Shown here piece after piece: positions 1-7,252 of a DNA stretch of 13,135 bases. The DNA comes from Bacteriovoracia bacterium. GTDB taxonomy: Bacteria > Bdellovibrionota > Bacteriovoracia > Bacteriovoracales > Bacteriovoracaceae. Where the stretch lies: contig JBKHVI010000066.1 in the NCBI GenBank assembly GCA_046570105.1, positions 1 through 13,135 of the forward strand. Reading direction: 5' to 3'. The position numbers were made by a program, and so were the translations under genes. The notes beneath the pieces are model-generated. The model saw only the letters and a list, made by a program, of their open reading frames with translations, was not told where the DNA came from and made no database searches. Positions within the stretch are counted from its first letter, which is position 1; each line of letters opens with the position of its first letter.

Positions 1-695
1 CTGTGAGCGACTTCACGAATCAGTTTTGTTACATCTTCAAATTTACAATCTTTCTCAACCGCGACGATATTTTGTCGAGGCACCATAATGTCTTTCACTT
101 TAATGGTCGGAAACTCGAGAATCGAGCTCAACAGATCAAGCTGTTTTGAATCGATCGTACGTTCTTCTTCCGCTTTACTCACCATGAATTCAATATCATC
201 ACGAGTGACAAGGCGACCCCGCAGCTGAGCATTTTTTCCAAGTACTTTTTCAATGACCCACATAAAGGCGTGAATCACTGGCCATAAAGCAAAATAGAAC
301 ACGCGTAAAATATAAATACATGGCATTGCTAATGCTTCAGAGTGATTTCGGGCAAAAGTTTTGGGAGTAATCTCTCCAAAGATCAAAATGAAAATTGTGA
401 CCATACCCACAGAAATCGCAATGGCATCTTCTGCAAAGTATCTCGATGTGATGGAGGTCGTAAGGGCGGCCACAAAGCTGTTAACTAAGTTGTTACCGAC
501 TAGGATTGTAGTCAGAATATGATTGGGCTTTTCAGCTAAAAATTGCAGCGCTTTTCCTCGTGCGCCGCCTTCTTCAATCATCTGCTTTGTGCGATCAACA
601 GGGATCGACATGAGCGCCGCTTCAGCACCTGAAAAGAACGCCGAAAAACCAAGGCCAATAATAATAAATAGCCACTCTACCAATTCGTAGCTCAT
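1..695 (-). CDS. CNNM/CorB (HlyC/CorC, 'hemolysin family') DUF21 + CBS domain Mg2+/Co2+ transporter, 3' end beyond window
   Basis: Not in the ORF track because it runs off the edge. Hand translation from ATG at 695: MSYELVEWLFIIIGLGFSAFFSGAEAALMS...ILTTILVGNNLVN...ILIFGEITPKTFA...SILEFPTIKVKDIMVPR. These are the FSxxExA, GNN and GExxPK DUF21 signatures followed by the start of a CBS pair. SD-like AGGA lies 8 nt upstream of the ATG. Confidence 0.93.
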   Translation of the reverse strand, partial: MSYELVEWLFIIIGLGFSAFFSGAEAALMSIPVDRTKQMIEEGGARGKALQFLAEKPNHILTTILVGNNLVNSFVAALTTSITSRYFAEDAIAISVGMVTIFILIFGEITPKTFARNHSEALAMPCIYILRVFYFALWPVIHAFMWVIEKVLGKNAQLRGRLVTRDDIEFMVSKAEEERTIDSKQLDLLSSILEFPTIKVKDIMVPRQNIVAVEKDCKFEDVTKLIREVAH

Positions 696-790
696 GAGTG
701 AGGTCCTGCAAGTACGAGAGATGAGTGGATCAAATGAGAAAAGGTCAAACTAGGGGGTTCTATGGCGCTAACTCCTGTAAATTACAGTTA

Positions 791-819
791 ATGCTACCAT
801 GGACGTTATAGAGAGTCTA
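791..819 (-). promoter_or_regulatory. Putative sigma70-type promoter for the CNNM gene
   Basis: Minus strand TAGACT (819-814), 17-nt spacer, TAGCAT (796-791), with an extended -10 TG motif (TGgTAGCAT). Motif match only. Confidence 0.4.
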
Positions 820-857
820 AGGTGAACAAATCTTCAAGCACTTAACGCAGCTGCACC

Positions 858-1310
858 TTAATGAGACAGTGGTTTACCTTTAAAATCATGACCTGAGTAA
901 ACTATTCGGTCATTCATTTCATGATTATATTCTGGAATGGCCGAGAGGTTTTGCACCTGACGGAAAATTGTTTTGCAGTTGTAGCAAATCGCGATCATGT
1001 TGAGGCGACGGAACAAAAACACATCTAATAAATAAAGCGCCAACAAACTCAGGCCATAGGTCCACGGGACTAAGCAGGCCGCAATAACAAATAAAATGAC
1101 CCCTACTTTGCGATTAAAATCTTTTTGCTGATAAAAGTCTTTGCGAGCACAAATGGGGCAATCTTCTAAGCAATTCTCTATGTGCTTAGGCTCAAAATTC
1201 ACTGGAACGACATGCTTACAAACATCACACTCGGCTGCTTTTGCAGCGAGAGCGGGGTAAACATTGATGCCTGAACCACATTCAGGACAAGTAATATGCA
1301 CGCTCATCAT
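858..1310 (-). CDS. Hypothetical membrane-associated zinc-ribbon protein (four CxxC motifs, hydrophobic hairpin)
   Basis: 150 aa with CPEC, CDVC, CPIC and CYNC. A hydrophobic segment VGVILFVIAACLVPWTYGLSLLALYLLDVFLF lies between the 3rd and 4th CxxC. The start (ATGATG, 1310 or 1307) overlaps the upstream stop. Confidence 0.85.
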   Translation of the reverse strand: MMSVHITCPECGSGINVYPALAAKAAECDVCKHVVPVNFEPKHIENCLEDCPICARKDFYQQKDFNRKVGVILFVIAACLVPWTYGLSLLALYLLDVFLFRRLNMIAICYNCKTIFRQVQNLSAIPEYNHEMNDRIVYSGHDFKGKPLSH

Positions 1311-2080
1311 ATGGCCAATCCATGTTTAAAATAGAGGTACGCAGAAAGTAGCTCTCCAATAAAAACAAAAAACACCATGATGTAAAGGACGCCAGTGGCA
1401 CTTTGAATTGAGCGCATGCGACAAAGCTTCCACGCGAAATAAGACAGTACCAATAAGGCCCCGTAACCCCATAGCCAGCGCATACTAATCACTAACCAAT
1501 TAAATATAAAGCCGTCTCCAAGCACGCTTCCCTCAGATAGATAAGGCCAGGCTTGCCAAGTATAAAATGCTGAGAAAAGCATTTTGGTGAAAAGGATTGA
1601 CCAAAAAATTTTCAAGCAAATTAAAAGAGGACGTTCCGTTAATTTTGGAACCACTAAATAATAATGACCAAGGAGCATAGAATAATGAGTGATTCCTAAA
1701 AGTAGCGCCGAAGAAAGTAAGAAAGCAAACTGAGCTGGACCTTTTCCAGCAAAAGCCAAAAACAGTACAATCGTGAAGATGGTCTGCAATAAAAATAAAG
1801 CCCACATCGAGTTCGTTCGACGATCACGATACAACTTCCATTGAAGTATTAGACTTAGAAGAGCGATGCCTTCAAATGCCAACCACAGTGGATAGGGAGC
1901 GCCAAACAATGCCCACGAAAGACCCATCATTAAGGAAAGAAAAATAACACCATGACCTGTCACTAGACGCATAAAGCCTGCTCCGGTGAGCTTAGGGCTT
2001 GCAATCCAACTAAAAGCCGCTGTGCCTAACGAAAGTGATAGGAGAAATTGGGTGAGAAGGTCAGGGAATAGATTTGTCAT
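1307..2080 (-). CDS. Hypothetical polytopic membrane protein (~8 TM) with MLLGHYYL and RSIQSATGVLY motifs; possibly DmsC/NrfD-like anchor fold
   Basis: About eight hydrophobic segments. Start moved from the track's 2116 to ATG at 2080 (MTNLF, 257 aa), which has GGTGG just upstream and overlaps the Nudix gene less; ATGs at 2089 and 2092 are alternatives. The family link is recalled from the LLGH(W/Y)YL motif and is unverified. Confidence 0.8.
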   Translation of the reverse strand: MTNLFPDLLTQFLLSLSLGTAAFSWIASPKLTGAGFMRLVTGHGVIFLSLMMGLSWALFGAPYPLWLAFEGIALLSLILQWKLYRDRRTNSMWALFLLQTIFTIVLFLAFAGKGPAQFAFLLSSALLLGITHYSMLLGHYYLVVPKLTERPLLICLKIFWSILFTKMLFSAFYTWQAWPYLSEGSVLGDGFIFNWLVISMRWLWGYGALLVLSYFAWKLCRMRSIQSATGVLYIMVFFVFIGELLSAYLYFKHGLAI

Positions 2081-2498
2081 CGCCACCATCATAAAGGGAG
2101 CGACAAAGATGTTCAACCAAACGAAAGTTAGCTTCTAGTAAATCCACACCCCATTCCTGGCCATCTGAACCACTATGGAGCGGAACGACAAGCCCTTTGG
2201 CGTTGTTCAGTTCCATTTCCCAGGGGACTTGAAAAATGTGTAACAAAACCCGTCTATCACCGTAGTCGTGAGTAAAAATACCAAGGGCCTTTCCTTGCCC
2301 CTTAACTGTTACAGATGTCTCTTCTTGAATCTCACGAACCAGAGCTTCCCAAGGAGTTTCTCCCAGTTCAATCTTGCCTCCGGGGAATTCCCATTTACCG
2401 GCCAATGCCCCATCTGTTCTCTGTTGTATCCACGTATCAAAACGCCCCTCTGACGAGGGGCGGACAAACATAGCTACTGAAACGGGAACTAGCTTCAT
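2061..2498 (-). CDS. mutT: MutT/NudG-type Nudix (deoxy)nucleoside triphosphate pyrophosphohydrolase
   Basis: Nudix box in MutT context: GKWEFPGGKIELGETPWEALVREIQEET, followed by HDYGDRRVLLH and C-terminal LLEAN. The start overlaps the upstream stop (ATGA). The symbol is a family-level call. Confidence 0.85.
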   Translation of the reverse strand: MKLVPVSVAMFVRPSSEGRFDTWIQQRTDGALAGKWEFPGGKIELGETPWEALVREIQEETSVTVKGQGKALGIFTHDYGDRRVLLHIFQVPWEMELNNAKGLVVPLHSGSDGQEWGVDLLEANFRLVEHLCRSLYDGGDDKSIP

Positions 2499-5400
2499 TG
2501 TTGAGCGCGCGTACTTGCAAGTAGGCGTTTTAAGTTTTCAAGACGACTGGCACGAACATACTGATTAATAACCATTCGTTGTCTTAACAAACGCTCCTGC
2601 AAATGAGAACGAGCTTTATTATCTTGAATATCAGTAACACTCAGGATGACTGTTCTACCTTCATATTCAATCGTAACTCGATCATTCTCAGAACTAAGAT
2701 AGCGGCCATCCTTATATTCTGGGTTCTTTTCCACATAACTTAAAAATTCTTTGAGTAGCTCAATTTTTTTCTCTTGAGGAATCACTTCCTGAGTTGCCTC
2801 TGACGTTATCGTTCTTTGTAAACTCATACTTGGTACAAAGCTAATACCAGAGCTTGCGGCGACCCCTCTACTAGCTGCGGCCTGAGTCCCCCCTCGTGCA
2901 GCTCCCACATTGGCAGCGACAGCCGCTGTCGAAGTCGTTGCTGCTGGTCTATCGACTTTGCTCTGTTCAGGTAATCGAGTTGAGGTAGATGTGACCGTTG
3001 AGCTATCGATCGCTGAACGAGCAACGGTTGAACCTTCAGGCTTCACAAGATTAGTTTGAGCAACTGCGCGTGCCACTGGTCGCGTAGGAGTTGGCTCGCT
3101 CTCTTCAAAAGTTTCCTCGACTTCATCCTCAACAAAGTCTTGGTCAAACATATTCTCTTCTGACTGAGTTTTGCGAGGAGCACTCAACCTCTGAATGTTA
3201 GTCATCAATTGCTTATTACTTAACTGCAATTTTTGTAATTCAATTCTTAATTGTTCAATTTGCGCTTGGTTTTTTAAATCTTGAATCGTTTGAGTCTCTC
3301 TGGCCTGGGCCAATACCTGCTGTTCGACAACCGACTGGCGCGCCTCAATTTCTTGAATACTTCTTTCTGAGGCACTTCTTCTACGATCTCCAGAACCACT
3401 CTCCTCTTCTTCATCCTCAGTTACTGAAGCAATCCCGCGAGAAGCAGCAGTTGTTTCCGGAATTGGCATAGTCCACGAAGGAACCACAGCCATCTGATTA
3501 GTCTGCGAACCTGCGTTTAGCTGAGCTGCCATTTGGGTTGCACTCTGTAGGAAGCTGTTTTGCACTGGTTCACCCTCGGCGACCTCTGCACTCCCTGTTG
3601 TTGCTGATCCTGAAGTGAAATCTTTGCTACCTTTACTCTCTTTAGTGGGTGCGACAGAACCAGTTGTTTTAAATCCTGAATCGTAGCGAGCTGATTCATC
3701 ACCTCTAATCCCGAAATAATCAAGCTCTAGAGAGTTTGCATCATAAGAACTGCCAGGAAAAAGTGGGGGATTTTTTTTGTTTGAACCAAGTTGACTCAAG
3801 TTTTGAGTCGGTGGATTTGTGTAATCAGGTGACGTTTTAAAATTAAAAAGATCAAAGTTATTGACTACGTTTGTGAAAACATCAACCGGACAAGGTATGC
3901 CTGGCAGTAATATCTTACTATAACAAAACATGCTTGAATTGCTAGGCACAGTCACCGGTGATTGGTTAGCTAGCATAGCTTCACGATCAGCCACTCTTTT
4001 TTCTTCAACAGCATCATCACACATTTTTTCTGCGTATTTTTCGAAGAAAGCTTGTTTTTTATTACTTAAGCGAGAGGGCTCTCTCATATTATTGCGCAAA
4101 AAAGAATCAGCTAAATCTAAACGATCAAACGACTTATCAGAAATAGCCTCAGACTCATGGATCTCTGAAGTCAGATTTCCAGCAGAATTCATCATGTTAC
4201 ATGCAACAGTTAAGTTGACTAAATTTTTCCCAGCATCGCCTGGGGTTAAACCAGAAGACTGCGAAGCCAACATATCGGCAAGCTCTTGCTTAATTCCTTG
4301 ACCAGAATAACTTTCAGCTAAATCTCCCTCGGGAACACATAGGGCCATCATGAAATCTTGGCCAAATGATTTACAAGCCACTTCCGCATCCCGACGTGCA
4401 ATTTCCGCAAATCGATCCTTATTTGCTTCTTTATATTGTGAAAGATTATTGGCTTCGGTGACATCACCTGAATCCGCGTAATCTAGCAAGCTTTGACGAT
4501 TAGTTAGCAAGGTTCGATAAAATGGTTGACGAAAAAATGATTGAACCAACTTTCTAGAATCAGCTTCCAGGCCACCCTTCTGGGCATGCAGTGCTTTTGT
4601 CATAGCATCTAGCATACATTTTTGATCGTATTCGCCACATCTCTGTAGGTCGGCTTTTGTAGTCGAAGTAAACAGCATCGATGGTTGCATGGGTGTTGTG
4701 CTAATTTGCGTTTGATACGTGGCCAAATAGTTTGTATGTGTTACGCGCACACCTTCACCACATTCAGGTGTTGCGACAGGAGCCTGCAGCTTACTCATGT
4801 GGATACTTCTTAACTGGTTTACAAACATAGGTAAGTCAGTCGTGGGGGCCCTTACACCATGTTTTTGAGCGATCTTTTCTAAAACTTGTTTGGCTTGTTC
4901 AGGATCGCAGCCACGAACCAAACGAGAAAGTTCCGGCACGTTGCCACAGGTCTCAGGTTGAGCCGATAAAAAACGAGACATGAATATATTACGCTCTTGG
5001 AACTTAATATATTCAGACAATGCTTGCTCAGCTTTGCGAACACGCAAGTTAACTTTTGAATCAGCTAGTTTTTTTGAATATTCAGCACTGAAATTATCGG
5101 CCGGTAAATTTGAGGCCTGTTGAATGGTTTTATATTTATCAGCAAAGCAAGCCTCACATTCACCAGTCGTTCCGCGCAATTTTATAATTTTCCAGAAGTT
5201 TCCAAACCCATCAAAGTCATTAATGAATTTACTCATCAATGAACCCATGTTGGCACCAGCGAAAGGTGTATTGTTAAAATCATTACATTCTTCTAATTTT
5301 TGATCATTTGAAGCCGGCGATTGACCACCATCCAATGCGCAGCCTGCAGCCGTAGCGGTGTGGGCCTCAGGCTCTAGCTCAGTCCATTCTGTAGCGGCTT

Positions 5401-6040
5401 GAATTGTCGCTTGAGTTAGGTGACCAGCAACTGACAAAGTTATGTTTGATAACTCTTTAAATCTAGCAACACAATTTTCTTTGCTGTTTGCTCCACCTGA
5501 AGTGAGCACTCTTTTCAAGCGAATAATTTCATTCTCAGTTATGAGTGACCCAAGATCACAATTATCTAAAGCATTTGTTCCATCATGGCTGCACCCTTCC
5601 GGTCTTTCAGTGTCCGGCTTATTCGCTACCAAGTGCGCACAATAGCTTTCCAATCTTGCATTAAGTCGAGCTGAGTTAAGAGTAGATTCACCCACAGAAG
5701 TATTACCAATTCGTCTGCGAAACATCGACTCTCGACCTTGTCTCATCATGTTCATGAGATTGTTCATTCCATTTCTTATACCGCTTTGACCCATTCGAAC
5801 CGGTAATGAAAGGCCGGTTTGTACTTCAGAAGAATTAAAACCAGAAACTGTCGGCGTTGTACCTGGTATACGTACACCCCAACCGACATCTTGGTTTTGG
5901 TTAGCCACATTACTTAACCCGTATAGTGATGGATTATGAATTGGTGAATTCAAGGAAACATCCGAATCCACTTGTGTGTGAGCATTACTCACAACCAAGA
6001 AAACCAAAACGATGACACTACCAAATTTCACTATTTTCAT
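2495..6040 (-). CDS. Large secreted hypothetical protein (signal peptide, Cys-rich core, low-complexity/coiled-coil C-terminal region)
   Basis: 1181-aa uninterrupted ORF with GAGG SD. N-terminus MKIVKFGSVIVLVFLVVSNAHT resembles a Sec signal peptide. 19 Cys counted, all in the N-terminal ~60%. No recognisable catalytic motif. Confidence 0.85.
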   Translation of the reverse strand: MKIVKFGSVIVLVFLVVSNAHTQVDSDVSLNSPIHNPSLYGLSNVANQNQDVGWGVRIPGTTPTVSGFNSSEVQTGLSLPVRMGQSGIRNGMNNLMNMMRQGRESMFRRRIGNTSVGESTLNSARLNARLESYCAHLVANKPDTERPEGCSHDGTNALDNCDLGSLITENEIIRLKRVLTSGGANSKENCVARFKELSNITLSVAGHLTQATIQAATEWTELEPEAHTATAAGCALDGGQSPASNDQKLEECNDFNNTPFAGANMGSLMSKFINDFDGFGNFWKIIKLRGTTGECEACFADKYKTIQQASNLPADNFSAEYSKKLADSKVNLRVRKAEQALSEYIKFQERNIFMSRFLSAQPETCGNVPELSRLVRGCDPEQAKQVLEKIAQKHGVRAPTTDLPMFVNQLRSIHMSKLQAPVATPECGEGVRVTHTNYLATYQTQISTTPMQPSMLFTSTTKADLQRCGEYDQKCMLDAMTKALHAQKGGLEADSRKLVQSFFRQPFYRTLLTNRQSLLDYADSGDVTEANNLSQYKEANKDRFAEIARRDAEVACKSFGQDFMMALCVPEGDLAESYSGQGIKQELADMLASQSSGLTPGDAGKNLVNLTVACNMMNSAGNLTSEIHESEAISDKSFDRLDLADSFLRNNMREPSRLSNKKQAFFEKYAEKMCDDAVEEKRVADREAMLANQSPVTVPSNSSMFCYSKILLPGIPCPVDVFTNVVNNFDLFNFKTSPDYTNPPTQNLSQLGSNKKNPPLFPGSSYDANSLELDYFGIRGDESARYDSGFKTTGSVAPTKESKGSKDFTSGSATTGSAEVAEGEPVQNSFLQSATQMAAQLNAGSQTNQMAVVPSWTMPIPETTAASRGIASVTEDEEEESGSGDRRRSASERSIQEIEARQSVVEQQVLAQARETQTIQDLKNQAQIEQLRIELQKLQLSNKQLMTNIQRLSAPRKTQSEENMFDQDFVEDEVEETFEESEPTPTRPVARAVAQTNLVKPEGSTVARSAIDSSTVTSTSTRLPEQSKVDRPAATTSTAAVAANVGAARGGTQAAASRGVAASSGISFVPSMSLQRTITSEATQEVIPQEKKIELLKEFLSYVEKNPEYKDGRYLSSENDRVTIEYEGRTVILSVTDIQDNKARSHLQERLLRQRMVINQYVRASRLENLKRLLASTRAQQ

Positions 6041-6059
6041 ACAAACCTCGTTATCCGAC

Positions 6060-6088
6060 TTATCGGAATAACCCTGCTCATATATGAG
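6060..6088 (-). promoter_or_regulatory. Putative sigma28 (FliA)-type promoter of the 1181-aa gene
   Basis: TCCGATAA (6067-6060, minus) matches the GCCGATAA -10 consensus at 7/8 positions, 19 nt upstream of the ATG. The -35 region (CTCATA, 15 nt upstream) is a poor match to TAAA. Confidence 0.45.
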
Positions 6089-6170
6089 TTTACGACGACT
6101 TATCTGAGCTAAAGATAAGACTCCATGTTATTCAGCTAAGCAATTGATTAGATTAGGGAAATCAGGGAAC

Positions 6171-6578
6171 TCACTGCCGGGGAAAGTGGGCGATTTGCCA
6201 TCGAACAAGCACAAAGGCGAGAGATCCTAAAATAGCGGCCCACCAGGGAATGGAGGAATCTAAGAGGTGTGAGACCAGAGCAAACAACAATCCAGCAGGA
6301 AGAATCGTCATGAATTTTTGTAAAATAGGAAAACGCGCGAATGGGGCCGTACAGATTTTGTGAACGAGAGTGATACCTTTTAAAACGGAAAATCGGTAGC
6401 GCTTCTCACTGGTTCTCTGCATGACCCAACCGTTAAGCATCGACCAATTCCAAATGAAACCAACGCAAAACAAGAACGTCCATCCCCATGAACCCAACAC
6501 CCATTGCAGTCCGGCCACCATGAGAACTAAGGCCGCTAGCTCTAGTAACTCAACTGGTGATGGAAGATGTTTTTTCAT
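6171..6578 (-). CDS. Hypothetical small membrane protein (~4 TM)
   Basis: 135 aa, Trp-rich hydrophobic segments at both ends with a basic central loop. Start overlaps the SDR stop (ATGA). Confidence 0.75.
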   Translation of the reverse strand: MKKHLPSPVELLELAALVLMVAGLQWVLGSWGWTFLFCVGFIWNWSMLNGWVMQRTSEKRYRFSVLKGITLVHKICTAPFARFPILQKFMTILPAGLLFALVSHLLDSSIPWWAAILGSLAFVLVRWQIAHFPRQ

Positions 6579-7252
6579 TCTAAAAAACCGTCTCGATGGA
6601 GAAAGGTTAAATCTGCTAAGCGCAAGTGAGCTGGCGCATTGATCACAAAATCAAAAACGTAGAGGAAGTCCTCCACAGTCAACATTCTCTCACGAGAGAA
6701 TTCCGGCCGCAAATGATCCCACAGCGGGGTATCAATTGCCCCAGGATAGAGAGGAGAGAAACGTAAACGATAGTTTTTCCATTCTTTTTGAACAGATTCT
6801 AAAAGTCCACGTTGACCAAATTTTGAAGCATTATAAGCCGCCATCGAGGGATAGCCGTGCTTCGCAGCCGAGGATAAAACCGCCACAATATGCGTTTCAC
6901 CTTGAACCAAAAATGGCTCGAGACCTTTCAGCATTAAGTAAGCACCGGTGGTATTCGTCGCCAGATGATTATGAAACGAATCACTGGTTGATTGCATAAC
7001 GGTATTCATTTCGCAGATACCGGCATTTTGCACAAACAGATGCACTTCGGGAGTGAGCTCCGCGAGTGTGCGATAGAATTCATCAACAGCTTCTTCATCT
7101 GTCACATCAAGTTCTAGATCATAAAAATTTTCGTGATCAATTTCAGTGCCAGAGCGAGAACCGCCAGCAACATTCCAACCTTCTTCCAGAAGGTGTACGG
7201 CCATCGCGAGACCAAGACCTGAACTTGATCCAGTGATGACCGCCCATTTCAT
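6575..7252 (-). CDS. SDR family NAD(P)-dependent oxidoreductase
   Basis: Classical SDR motifs: TGSSSGLG (TGxxxGxG), LDVTD, NAG, catalytic S...YNASK (YxxxK), PGAIDT. Start overlaps the rny stop (TAATG). Confidence 0.93.
   Translation of the reverse strand: MKWAVITGSSSGLGLAMAVHLLEEGWNVAGGSRSGTEIDHENFYDLELDVTDEEAVDEFYRTLAELTPEVHLFVQNAGICEMNTVMQSTSDSFHNHLATNTTGAYLMLKGLEPFLVQGETHIVAVLSSAAKHGYPSMAAYNASKFGQRGLLESVQKEWKNYRLRFSPLYPGAIDTPLWDHLRPEFSRERMLTVEDFLYVFDFVINAPAHLRLADLTFLHRDGFLE

Noticed and set aside
768..800. 10-codon minus-strand uORF (MVALTVIYRS) upstream of the CNNM gene, as a possible MgtL-like leader peptide
   Set aside because: No SD, no Pro or other regulatory codon run, and its ATG overlaps the predicted extended -10 element.
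3765..3778. G5 and T8 homopolymer runs as a phase-variation site
   Set aside because: The runs are short, encode ordinary KKNPP, and the reading frame is intact.
2495..6040. Horizontal acquisition of the giant gene based on lower GC
   Set aside because: A few hand-sampled lines look more AT-rich than ftsY, but epmA looks similarly AT-rich and there are no mobility genes or flanking repeats. A proper GC and codon-usage calculation is needed.
6041..6170. Repeats read as a mini-CRISPR, IS end or intrinsic terminator
   Set aside because: The direct repeat is only 9 bp in two copies, there is no cas or transposase gene, and no stem is followed by a U-tract.
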